A model generated the notes under the pieces. It was not told where the DNA came from. It was given only the letters and a program-made list of their open reading frames with translations, and did not search any database. From an uncultured Gemmatimonadales bacterium (lineage in GTDB: Bacteria > Gemmatimonadota > Gemmatimonadetes > Longimicrobiales > RSA9), in NCBI GenBank assembly GCA_963798085.1, contig CAWCRS010000003.1, forward strand, positions 736,001 to 800,000: a stretch of DNA of 64,000 bases, written 5' to 3'. Positions 27,477 to 37,537 of the stretch are shown piece by piece. Each line of letters opens with the position of its first letter. Position 1 is the first letter of the stretch. Both the position numbers and the translations under genes were made by a program.

Positions 27477-28810
27477 GATGCACCACCCGCCACGATTTTC
27501 GCCGCCAGCTCCAGCACGGCCTTTCTCGTATCGCCGAAACCCGTGCGCTCTGTCGGCGACTGCACCAGGAACGATTCCAGCGCGGGCCGCACGCGCAGTG
27601 CGGTGTCCAGCAGTGCGTCCGTGCCCGGCTGGTAGGCGCCCACGGCGATCAGGTCTTCCTTTTCGCGGTAGGCCGCCATGCATGCGCATCACCAGGTCGG
27701 CCGCCCGCCGGTGCTCGGCATCGGCCACGTGGTCGCGCACACGGCTGCTGCTCTCCAGCGCATCGATCGCGGGGAAGTGCGACGCCATGGCCAGCTTGCG
27801 CGTCAGCACGATGTGCCCGTCCAGGATCGAGCGCGCGGCGTCGGCCACCGGCTCGTTGAAGTCATCGCCTTCGACGAGCACCGTGTAGATGCCGCTGATC
27901 GCGCCATCGGCCGCGTTGCCGGCGCGCTCCAGCAGCCGGGGCAGTGCCGCGAACACGGAAGGCGGATAACCCTTCGTCGTGGGCGGCTCGCCTACCGCCA
28001 GTCCGATCTCGCGCCAGGCCATCGCCACGCGCGTGATCGAGTCGACCATGAGCAGCACGTGCTTGCCCTGGTCGCGGTAATACTCGGCGATGGCCGTGGC
28101 GAACTGCGCGCCGCGCGCGCGGATCAGTGCGGCCTCGTCGCCCGTCGCCACGATGACCACCGAGCGCGCCAGGCCTTCCGGGCCCAGCGAGTTCTCGATG
28201 AAGTCGCGCACCTCGCGGCCGCGCTCGCCCAGCAGCGCGATCACGTTGACGTCGGCCGACGTGTTGCGCGCGATCATGCCGAGCAGCGTGCTCTTGCCGA
28301 CGCCGCTGCCCGAGAAGATGCCGACGCGCTGGCCCCTGCCGATGGTGAGCAGGCCGTCGATGGCGCGCACACCGGTCGTGCAGCGGCTCGCCGATCATGC
28401 GGCGCTCGAGCGGGTTCGGCGGGTTGGTCTGCCATGGGCACGCGCGCGGTTGCCGCGCGGACCTGGCCCTTGCCGTCGATCGGGATGACCGAGGCCGTTG
28501 AGCACGCGGCCGAGCAGCGCCGGGCCCGACGTCCGGCGCCCAGGGAGCGGCCCAGCGGCTGCACGCAGGCTGCCGGGGTGCAGGCCATCCAGCTCGCCCA
28601 GCGGCATCAGCAGCACGCCGCGCTCGTGGAAGCCGACGACTTCGGCGAGCACCGTGTGACTCGCCGCGCGTCGCGCGCACACGGCACAGCTCGCCCAGTG
28701 CCACGTCCATGCCCGAGGCCTCGATGACGAGCCCGACCACGCGCGTCGTGCGGCCGAGGCCAATGGAAGCGCGTCGACGCTCTCCACCTGCGGATCAGTG
28801 ACTCAACCAT
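27473..28810 (-). CDS. fliI: Flagellar export ATPase FliI (several frameshifts)
   Basis: Pieces in several frames: [63 protein letters not shown]. Confidence 0.93.
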
Positions 28811-29488
28811 CGACCAGCCGGTGGTAGATGCGTTCCAGCCATGGTCGACGCGGCCGTCGATCACGCGGTGTCGGCCCTTCGACCATGCAGCCGCCCGGCT
28901 GGATGTCGGGGTCGGCGACCCAGCGCGACTTCGCGCCCCGGTGCGATCGAGATGTTGCCGCCATCCGCGGCTGTGGCGGAGAGTCATGGACAGATCCTGC
29001 GGGTGCAGGCGCACGCGCAGCGGCTCGTCCACCGGGAACTGCGCCAGCGCCCGCCGTGTCAGATCGGCGACAATGTGCGCGTCACCGGTCAGCTCGCGTC
29101 CAACCAGCTGTTTGGCCACGGCCACGGCCAGCGCGCAGATGTTCTCGCGCGCGTTGTCCACCCATGTGCCCTCGCCGGCGCTCAGCTGTTCCATCACGCT
29201 GGCCAGCGCACCGAGCGCCGAGCGCACGCCCGCGGCTTGACGCTGCATGGTCTCGGCGGCGCCTTCGTCGAAGCCGCGCTGATAGGCTTCTTCCAGCTCG
29301 GCCTGGCGCTCGAGGGCCGCGCGCCGGTCGGCTTCGCGCCGCTCGCCCACGCCACGCAGTGCTTCGCCCGGTGCGGGCGGCATGGGTTGCGCGGCCACCT
29401 CGTCGGGCGACCACGTGTCGGGCACCACGCCGACCTTTTCCGGCAGCGGCGCCAGCGATGTCGCGATCCAGTCAGAGGACCATGTCAT
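28803..29488 (-). CDS. fliH: FliH (frameshifts in the C-terminal part)
   Basis: EEAYQRGFDEG, LAVAVAKQLVGREL and LRVRLHPQD motifs; lies between fliG and fliI. Confidence 0.85.
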
Positions 29489-30508
29489 CGTCGCTGCCTC
29501 CGATCACGATCTCGCCCGCCGCCTCCAGTGCACGCACCATCTTCACGATCGCCGTCTGCGCGCTCTCCACATCGCGCAGCCGCACGGGTCCGAGGAAGCC
29601 CATTTCCTCACGCAGCGCGTCGGCCGCGCGGCTCGACATGAGCGACAGGATACGCTGTTTGAGCGGATCGCTCGCCGCCTTGAGCGCGAGCGCCAGTTCT
29701 TTCATCTGCACGTCCTTCAGGACGCGCTGCAGCGAGCGATCGTCCAGCCGCACAATGTCCTCGAACACGAACATCAGGTTCTTGATCTGCTCGGACAGTG
29801 TCGGATCCCTGGCGGCGATGCTCTCGAGCAGTTCCTTCTCCACCGAGCCGGTCATCCGGTTGAGCACGGTGGCGACCGCCTGCGGTCCGCCGGCCACGCT
29901 CAGGTCCTTCGTGATGGACACGGTCGACTCGCTGCCGTAGCAGCGTTCGAGCACCTGCAGCACTTCCGGCAGCACCTTGTCCAGGCGAGCCAGGCGCAGC
30001 AGGATCTCGCCGCCCAGCTCGGTGGGTAACTGCTTGAGGATCGCGGCCGTCTGGTCCGCCTCGAGGTGCGCCATGAGCAGCGCCACTGTCTGTGGATGCT
30101 CGGCACGCAGCAGTGCGCTGATCTGTGTGGGATCGGCGTTGCGCAGATTGCGGAAGCCCGCGTTCTCACGCAGCTGTGCTTCGATCCGCTTCAGGATGCC
30201 TGGCTGCTTTCTGTGGCCCGATCGCCTGCTCCAGCACCTGACGCGCGTAGTCGACGCCGCCTTCCGCGATGGAGTTCGCCGCCGTCTCCATCTGGCCCCA
30301 CTCACCCAGGACCTCGGTCACGATTTCCGTGGGCACGCGCTCGATGCGCGCGATCTCGAAGGAGATCTCTTCGATCTCCTGCGGCGTGAAAGTCCTGGTC
30401 ACTTCGGCCGCCGTCTGCGGCCCCATGGCCATCAGCACGATCGCGGCCTTCTGTTTGCCGGACATGTCCTCGATCGGCGAGCGCCTGCGCGACGCGGCGG
30501 GTTGTCAC
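29472..30508 (-). CDS. fliG: Rotor protein FliG (frameshifts near 30210 and 30475)
   Basis: SGKQKAAIVL and EGGVDYA in one frame; EHPQTVAL, MFVFEDI and GPVRLRDVESAQ in the next. Confidence 0.95.
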
Positions 30509-30509
30509 G

Positions 30510-31985
30510 TCACGACTCCTTCATCCAGGCGCGCAGCATGCGCGCGGCCGTTTCCGGACTGTCCGCCGAGCGTTGCAGCATGGCCGCGAACGGCGAGGGC
30601 GCTATGACCGGCGCTTCCGGAAATTGCAGCGCTTCGGCTCTGCCGCCAGCCGCCGCGGGCAGTGCGCCGCGCGCCGCCGGAGAGGGCACGGCCGCAGCCG
30701 CGCGCAGTGCCTTCATCAGCTGCAGTGCGACCACAAACGCGAGCGCCAGTCCAATGCTCATGAAGATCTCGTTCCTGTAGCGCGGCACCATCATGAGGAC
30801 CGATGGCTTGCTGACCGGTTCCTGGGTGGGCACGCTGACCGAGAACGGCGCCGACATGACGGTGATCGCATCGCCGCGCGTCTTGTCCAGGCCAATGGCG
30901 TTGGAGACCAGCTGGTCCACGCGCGACAGCTCATCCGGCGTCCACGGCTGCGGCGTCTTGCCATCGGCCGCCGTGCGCTCATTCAGCATCACCGCGACCG
31001 TCAGCCGGTGCACCGTGCCGGCGGCGCCGGAGAAGGTCTCGATGCTCTTCGTCGTCTCGTAACTCGCCGATGATGCCGATGACGCCGCGCCCACCTGGCC
31101 TGGACTGGGCATGATATCGGAGCGCTCTTCCTTGGTCGTGACCTGCTCGTCCGGATTCAGCTTCTGCGTCGTGCGATCGATCTTGTCGAAGTTCAGGTCG
31201 GCGGCCACGCGAACACGCGCGTTACCCGTGCCCACGGTCTGCCCGACCAGGTCTTCGGCCTTGTGCTCGAGGTAGGCTTCCACGTCGCGGCGCATCTGCA
31301 GCTGGCGCTTGCTCAGTCCCGCCGCCGAGCCCGGCTCCACCGCGGCCGTCAGCAGGTGACCCGCATCATCCAGCACCGTCACGCGATCGCTTTCCAGGCC
31401 GTCCACGCTGCTCGCGACGAGCGAGGAGATGGCATCCACCAGCTCTTCGCCCGGCCGCGTGCCGCCCCGCGTAGCGTCAGCACCACCGACGCAGCTTCCG
31501 GCTGACTCGTCTTGCGGAACCCCGACGACTCGTTGATCGCAATGTGCACCGCGCAGACTGCACACCGCGCATCTCGCCGATCGTGCGCTCCAGCTCGCCT
31601 TCCAGCGCCCGCCGGTAGTTGATGCGCTGCGTGAAGTCGGTCATGCCCCAGGCCGGCTTGTCGAACAGCTCGAAGCCCGGGCGGCCCTTGGCCGGCAGAC
31701 CATCCCGCGCCAGTGCGACTCTCGCCTTGGCCAGGTCGCTTTCCGCGACCAGGATCCTGCGAGCCGCCATTTCCAGCTGGTATTTAATGCCCTGTTCGTC
31801 CAGCTTGGTCGTGACCTGGCTCACTTCGTCCAGCGAGAGCCCGGGCATGAGCGGCACATAGTCGGGCCGCGCGGCAATGCGCGCGATCCACAGGATCCCC
31901 ACAATGGAAGCGGCACCTGCTGCCAGGATGACAAAGGAACGCCCGCGACCGGCGCGCTCCATCCAGTTCCGAAGCAATCCGGCAT
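30510..31985 (-). CDS. fliF: MS-ring protein FliF (frameshifts near 31470-31560; start approximate)
   Basis: GFELFDK...GMTDF.Q.INY.RALEGELERTI; ASSVDGL...VTVLD; RLTVAV; PETAARMLRAW. Confidence 0.93.
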
Positions 31986-32014
31986 CGTCGCCACGGCTCA
32001 GGAATTCTCTCTGA

Positions 32015-32352
32015 TCAGGTCTGCATGTTGATCACCGTGCGGTATGCCTCGGTGATCTTGTTGCGGATCTCGATGAGCAACTCGAGGGCGAGGCCGGCTT
32101 CTTCACTCGCCGCCATCACATCGTGCAGTTCCACGGGATCGCCACGCACGAACGCGGCAATCGCGTCGCTCGCCGTGTCCTGCAGCTCACTCACTTCTCC
32201 AATCGCCTGCTTGAGCGCGTCGCCGAACGAAGGGCCGGGCGTGAAGCCCAGCTCCAGCTTGCGGAAATCCTGCGGCCGCGGACCGCCGACGCCCTGCGGA
32301 CCCTGCAGCGTGCCGCCACTCTGCACCGCGCCCACACCCTGATCGCGCTCAT
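32015..32352 (-). CDS. fliE: FliE (apparent 1-nt deletion after codon 4)
   Basis: SFGDALKQAI...LHDVMAASEEA...EIRNKITEAYRTVINMQ. ATG 32352 gives MSAI(Q)GVG if one base is restored. Confidence 0.9.
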
Positions 32353-32354
32353 GC

Positions 32355-32687
32355 TCAGACCGTCCGATCAATGCGCGCGCCGCGCACCAGGCCCGGCGGA
32401 ATGTTGGCGCTGCCCGGTCCGTAGGTGAGCGGCCCCGACGACTGCAGCCGCGAGAAGAACTGCCGCTCCTCCGCCGACAGCACACTCCACAGCTCGGGAT
32501 CCGTGCCCGGCGGCGCTTCCGCCGGAATCGCGCCATTGTCGGCGACGATGCCCGTCGGTGTCTGCTTCGTTGCCGGCACATTCGCCGGCAGCCGCTGCAG
32601 CCCCGTCGACTCCGGCCTCGCCGGCCGAGGCCCGATGCCGCCCGGCCCGTAGCTGCCAAACCCGCCGTTAACCCCCTGAATCGCCAC
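32355..32687 (-). CDS. Hypothetical protein between flgC and fliE
   Basis: Good RBS (GAGGAG); 110 aa with PAEAPPGTDPELWSVLSAEERQFF and RG..ID C-terminus; tightly coupled to fliE. Confidence 0.8.
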   Translation of the reverse strand: MAIQGVNGGFGSYGPGGIGPRPARPESTGLQRLPANVPATKQTPTGIVADNGAIPAEAPPGTDPELWSVLSAEERQFFSRLQSSGPLTYGPGSANIPPGLVRGARIDRTV

Positions 32688-32839
32688 TGTTGCTCCTCGT
32701 TCCTTCGTCTGCCTTACAGTCTGTTATGGCAATCCCGCGCGCCCGTCTCTCTCGTTTCCTTCTGCCCGACATTGCGTTTCTGGTTCAATCTGTTCCCCAG
32801 CCCCAGCCCGAGCCCCAGAAACGTTTCTGCCGTTTCCGT

Positions 32840-33365
32840 TCAGATCTGCGTCGCCCGCTGCAGCATGTTCTTGATCGCCTGGAACACCGTCGCGTTCGCT
32901 TCGTACATGCGCCTCGACTCCATCAGGCGAACCGTCTCCTGCGTCAGGTCGACATTGGGCATGTGCACGTAGCCATTGGCGTCGGCGTCCGGGTGGCCCG
33001 GGTCATAGACCATGGGTCCGTGCGTCTGGTCCTGCGCAATGCCCGTCACCGCCACACCGCCTTCCTGCTCCACCTGCGGCAGCGGCAGTTCGCCTGCCAG
33101 CTCGCCCGACGGGTAGAATGCGACCCGCCTCGAGATAGCCCGCCTGCGGCACGTAGACCTGCTCCGCCAGCTGCGCCTCGCGCCGCTGATACGGTCCGCC
33201 CTGCGGCGTGCGCGTGGTCTCGGCGTTGGCAATGTTCGAGACGATCATGTCAATGCGCTGCCGCTGCGCGCTCAGTCCGCTCGCCGAAATGCTCAGCGAA
33301 CGGAACATCGGGCGGATCGCGCCCGGCAGCTGCATCAGCGAAGCACCGATACGACGAATGTCCAT
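32840..33365 (-). CDS. flgC: Rod protein FlgC (frameshift near 33115-33130)
   Basis: ISASGLSAQRQRIDMIVSNIANAETTRT..GGPYQR, then YDPGHPDADANGYVHMPNV...RMYEAN in a shifted frame. Confidence 0.95.
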
Positions 33366-33367
33366 GA

Positions 33368-33688
33368 CTAGCGCTCCCGTACGCTCGAGCGTACCTGCGT
33401 ATACGTCTGCTGCAGCAGCCGGGTCAGTGCCTCGTACCGGATCTGCTCATCCGCCAGCGACACCATCTCCTGCTCCACATCGACGCCTTCTTCCGGCAGT
33501 CCCGCATTCGCCGCGTTCGCGGGATTCGCGGGATCCGCCGTCTGCGCCGCGTTCAGCGCGCCCGCGAAGCCCGGCGTCGAGGCATTCGCCACGCGATGCG
33601 CAATGCCACGCGCTCGCGCACTCGAAGCATCGAGGCCGCTCCTGAGCAGCGCAGCTGCGGACTCCGGTCCCATCAGCCGTGTGAACAT
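33368..33688 (-). CDS. flgB: Rod protein FlgB
   Basis: IAHRVANASTPGF and VDVEQEMVSLADEQIRYEAL motifs. Confidence 0.9.
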   Translation of the reverse strand: MFTRLMGPESAAALLRSGLDASSARARGIAHRVANASTPGFAGALNAAQTADPANPANAANAGLPEEGVDVEQEMVSLADEQIRYEALTRLLQQTYTQVRSSVRER

Positions 33689-33725
33689 CGTCGTTCATCC
33701 TCCGAACAGTCGCCATCCCCCGAAG

Positions 33726-33740
33726 GCAAGCGCCATTCCA
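33726..33740 (-). promoter_or_regulatory. Sigma54 promoter of the flgB operon
   Basis: TGGAATG-GCGC-TTGC, 37 nt upstream of flgB. Confidence 0.72.
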
Positions 33741-33861
33741 GTGGGCAGAAACCGCGGCGGCAACTCCTGGCATCCGCCGGAAGTCGCCGCATGGCAACAC
33801 GTTGCGGGTTCAGACATGGCGCCATCACAAGCCCCGCCAAACAGCCGGTTCCCACGAATGG

Positions 33862-33876
33862 CGGCAAGTTCTGCCG
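33862..33876. promoter_or_regulatory. Putative enhancer (UAS) CGGCA-AGTTC-TGCCG
   Basis: Palindrome ~120 nt upstream of the flgB sigma54 site. Confidence 0.6.
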
Positions 33877-34012
33877 CCTCCAGACGGGTCGTTCTTGCCG
33901 GTTGAGGCAGACGCGAGGCTGCTGCGGCGAGGCAGACTCCGGCCGGTTGTTTGCTTGTCGCTGATCTTCCTGCCGGTATCGTGGTTCCGCGCGAACGACT
34001 AACGGAATACTT

Positions 34013-34333
34013 CATCATCACACGGAGGCATCGGGGGGCGGAGGGGCGCTGCTGTGGCGTGAGGGCTGAACCGCAGCGGACCGGTTGTGATGGGTTGCCT
34101 GCTGGGATTGAAGGCGATTTCGTGCGGTGTTCTGCTGCAGGCGCATCGCTGTGATTTCAAACGATCCGGACTGTCGCTGAATTCCTCCGATCAACCGCCT
34201 CGATCACTCGATCGAGCAGTGCCCGATCCGCGCCTCGTGCGATTTCCTTGTCGTGCGTTCACGCCCCGGGGCCACGCAGCCGCAATCCGTCCCCCGTGTC
34301 CCCCGTCCCTCCGACCACCTCAGTGTGATGATG
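34013..34333. repeat. Second CATCATCACAC...GTGTGATGATG inverted-end element
   Basis: Perfect 11-nt terminal inverted repeat, with G-runs facing C-runs inside; shares GGAGGGGCGCTG with the element at 3872. Confidence 0.65.
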
Positions 34334-34434
34334 CAGTTATCCGTTTCCGCACCAGATCACATCTCGGCAAGACGTCGCCGCCATGCCGCTTACACCAGGA
34401 CTCACTGCATCCTCGAGCCACGCCCCAGACACCT

Positions 34435-35836
34435 TCAAGCCTCCCCCACAACCTCGTCTTCGAGGCCGTCGGGGCGATTGAGCTTGTTGCGCAGTGTCCG
34501 GACGCTGATGCCGAGCAGGGTGGCGGCGCGGGTGCGATTCTGTTTCGCGGTCTCGAGCGCGGTCTCGATGAGACGGCGTTCGGCCTCTGCGATATTCAGT
34601 GTGGACAGCACCACCGCGTCTTCAATGCCCGTGTGTCTGGTCCGTGCGGGACGCGCCTCGGCCATGACGTGCGTGGTACCGGGCAGATCGAAGGCGTCGG
34701 GCCCGATCACTGTCGTGCGCGTCATGATCACGGCGCGCTCAATGGCGTGCGCCAGCTCGCGGACATTGCCGGGCCAGGCGTGTGCGCGCAGCCGTTCCAT
34801 CGCTTCTGCTGACACGCCGGTTATTTCGCGCCCGGATTCCTGGGCGGCGCGGGTCACGAAGTGCTGCACCAGTGCGGGCAGGTCTTCCAGTCGCTCGCGC
34901 AGTGGCGGCACGCGGATCTGCACGACGCCCAGACGATAGTAGAGGTCTTCGCGGAAGCGGCCTTCCTGGATCTCGCGGCGCAGGTCGCAGTTGGTCGTTG
35001 CGATCACGCGCACGTCGACGCGTACGGGCGAGTGCCCGCCCACGCGCTCGAACTCCTGTTCCTGCAGCACGCGCAGCAGCTTCGGCCTGCAGGTCGAGAC
35101 GCATCTCGCTCACTTCATCCAGCAGCAGCGTGCCGCGGTGCGCCCGCTCGAACACAGCCTTGGTCTGGCGGATCGCGCCTGTGAAGGCGCCGCGCTCGTG
35201 GCCGAACAGCGTGCTTTCCACCAGGGCTTCCGGCAGTGCGGCGCAGTTGATCGCGATGAACGGACCATTGCGCCGGTCGCTCCGTTCGTGAATGCCCCTC
35301 GCCAGCAGTTCCTTGCCGGTACCGGATTCGCCGTGCAGGAGCACGGTGGCGCGCGCCGTGGCCACGGTCTCCATGGCTTCCACCACCTGCTGCAGCGCTT
35401 CGCTCTCGCCCACGATGGTGCGCTCGGCGCGCTCGCTCACGCGTGCGCGGAGGCGCGCGGTCTCTTTCCGCAGGCGGTTCGATTCAATGGCCTGGTTGAC
35501 CACGACCAGCAGCTGGTCCGAGCGAATCGGCTTGGACAGATAGTCCACCGCGCCCGCCTTCATGGACAACACCGCGTGCTCCACACTCGGCGCGCCGGTC
35601 AGCATGATGAGCGGCACCGTGGCGCCGTTCTGGGTCAGGTAATGCAGGAATTCGAGGCCCGAGCTGTCGGGCAGGCGATAGTCGGATACAATGAGATCCA
35701 CCGTCTCGGCTTCCAGCACATCGATTGCCGACTCCACATCGGCCGCCGTGAGCGCGCGGTGGCCGGCGCCGGCCAGCGTCCGCCGCAGAACGGAGAGCAC
35801 TGCGGGTTCGTCATCGACACAGAGAATCGTCGCCAT
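34435..35836 (-). CDS. Sigma54-dependent response regulator (REC-AAA+-Fis HTH; NtrC/AtoC/FleR type), +1 frameshift near 35085
   Basis: ILCVDDE, GESGTGKE, ESTLFGHERGAFTGA and LLLDEV motifs; LQA(K)LLRVLQE is split by one extra base; RFREDLYYRL, WPGNVREL and LGISVRTLRNKL follow. Confidence 0.95.
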
Positions 35837-35882
35837 TCGCTTCCGTCGGGCTCAGGATCTCGAAGATCCTTTGCATCCGGTC

Positions 35883-35909
35883 TCAAGTTTCAATCGGCGC
35901 CGCCGAGAA
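35883..35909 (+). promoter_or_regulatory. Sigma28 promoter of flgL-fliW
   Basis: TCAA-N15-GCCGAGAA, 45 nt upstream of the flgL GTG. Confidence 0.7.
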
Positions 35910-35954
35910 TACCGGCCAGATGGACCGGTTCTGTCTCAGGCAACGCGAGGATCC

Positions 35955-36836
35955 GTGAGGATCACAAATCAGATCATCGATCGCCGCGCGCTCGAGGCCA
36001 TTCAGCACAACATGTCTGGTCTCGCGGAGGCGCAGTCACGCGTGTCAACGGGTACGCGTGTGCATACTGCTTCGGACGACCCTTCGGCTTACGTCGGCAT
36101 TCAGACCGCCGACCGCCGGCTGGCCGCCCTCGATCAGTATCGACGCAACATCAGTTCGGCAGGAGCCCGCCTTTCTACCGAAGAAGGCGTACTCGATCAG
36201 GTGACGGACCTGCTGACCCGCGCGCGCGAGGTTGCCACATCGCAGGCGGCGTCGAACGGCACAACCTCCACCCGCCTCGTCGCCAAGTCCGAAGTCGATC
36301 AGCTGCTTTCCGAGGTAGTGGCACTCGGCAACACGCGTCAGAGCAACGCCTTCCTCTTCGGTGGGGATTTTGCCGACAGTGCGCCCTTCACCACGGCAGG
36401 CGTGGCCAACCCGAACCGGCCGCCAGCCGGCGGCGGCAGTGTCGAGTACGGCGATGGCCAGACCATGACCGTGAACCATGACGGTACGCAGGTCTTCCTC
36501 GACACCGGCGTCATTGCGTCGCTGCAGCAGCTCTCCACTGCGCTCGGCACGGATGACACCGCCGGCATTGCCGCCTCGCTGACCAGTCTGTCTGCGAGCT
36601 TCGACGGCGTGCAGGGCCTGCTGGGCGAGGTTGGAGCGCGCACGCGGCAGCTGGACACCGCGTCGGCCAACATCGATTCCCTCCAGAATACGCTCCAGAC
36701 CCAGCGGTCCGACCTCAGTGATGCCGATATTGAGAAGGCAGTGTCGGATCTCGCCAGCCGCCAGACCGCCTATCAGGCGGCTCTGCTGGCCACGGCGCGC
36801 CTGAATTCGCTCTCGCTAACGGACTATTTGCGATGA
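35955..36836 (+). CDS. flgL: Hook-associated protein 3 FlgL
   Basis: (M)RITNQ...STGTRV..ASDDP, FLFGG and AYQAAL...SLTDYLR motifs; GAGG RBS before GTG 35955. Confidence 0.95.
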   Translation: MRITNQIIDRRALEAIQHNMSGLAEAQSRVSTGTRVHTASDDPSAYVGIQTADRRLAALDQYRRNISSAGARLSTEEGVLDQVTDLLTRAREVATSQAASNGTTSTRLVAKSEVDQLLSEVVALGNTRQSNAFLFGGDFADSAPFTTAGVANPNRPPAGGGSVEYGDGQTMTVNHDGTQVFLDTGVIASLQQLSTALGTDDTAGIAASLTSLSASFDGVQGLLGEVGARTRQLDTASANIDSLQNTLQTQRSDLSDADIEKAVSDLASRQTAYQAALLATARLNSLSLTDYLR

Positions 36837-37297
36837 ACGTAAGGAGTGAGGTCGCCGCCGCCGCCACGCTGGATGCGCAGCGTGGTGACGCCGGAGCGCC
36901 GCTCGCCATGCCCATCGAATTCGATCGTGGCCTTTTCGGTTTTCCCCAGGCTACCTCTTTCCTGCTCGCACCCACGTCGCGCGAAGGCTTCTACTGGCTG
37001 CAGTCGACCGAGCACGACGCGCTCTGCTTCGTGCTGGCCGATCCCTTCGTGTTCTTCCGTGGCTATGTCGTGGACCTGCCGGACATCGAGGCCGCGTACC
37101 TGGGCGCTAAGGTGCCCGGCAATGTGGTGATTCTCGTGACCGTGACGCTGCCTGATGGCAGCGGTCGCGCCGCATCGGCGAATCTGCAGGGTCCCATCGC
37201 CATCAACGTGCGCAACCGCGTCGGCCGCCAGGTGATCCTGAATCAGCCCGGCTTCGGTGTACGCGAGCCGTTCGACATGACCGTGCGTCAGGGCTGA
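36833..37297 (+). CDS. fliW: Flagellar assembly factor FliW (CsrA antagonist)
   Basis: F..GLFGF, FYWLQS, F.LADPF.FF.GY and ANLQGPIAIN...GRQVIL motifs. Confidence 0.93.
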   Translation: MNVRSEVAAAATLDAQRGDAGAPLAMPIEFDRGLFGFPQATSFLLAPTSREGFYWLQSTEHDALCFVLADPFVFFRGYVVDLPDIEAAYLGAKVPGNVVILVTVTLPDGSGRAASANLQGPIAINVRNRVGRQVILNQPGFGVREPFDMTVRQG

Positions 37298-37325
37298 TCG
37301 CAGACGCGAGAGGCGAGCGCAGCAG

Positions 37326-37358
37326 AAAGGGGCGGCTGGTTCATTCCGGCCGCCCCTT
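37326..37358 (+). terminator. Hairpin after fliW
   Basis: AAGGGGCGGCTGG...CCGGCCGCCCCTT inverted repeat. Confidence 0.55.
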
Positions 37359-37537
37359 CACGCATTCCGGCCCGGCGTACACCGGCAGTATCGCGGCCGC
37401 AGCCGGCTGCGCATCTTCGTCGCGGCCTGCGCTCGGGTCTGAACCTCGAGTTGATCGCGGCAGTGTCTGAGGCGACTCCCGGCACAACCTGAAGGCAGGT
37501 CGCAGAAGACTGTTGTGTCCCTCGATCCGTGGAGGCG

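Noticed and set aside
27015..28370. FliI-FliJ fusion protein
   Set aside because: Caused by a frameshift near 27680. The true FliI C-terminus ([11 protein letters not shown]) is in another frame, and fliJ has its own GTG.
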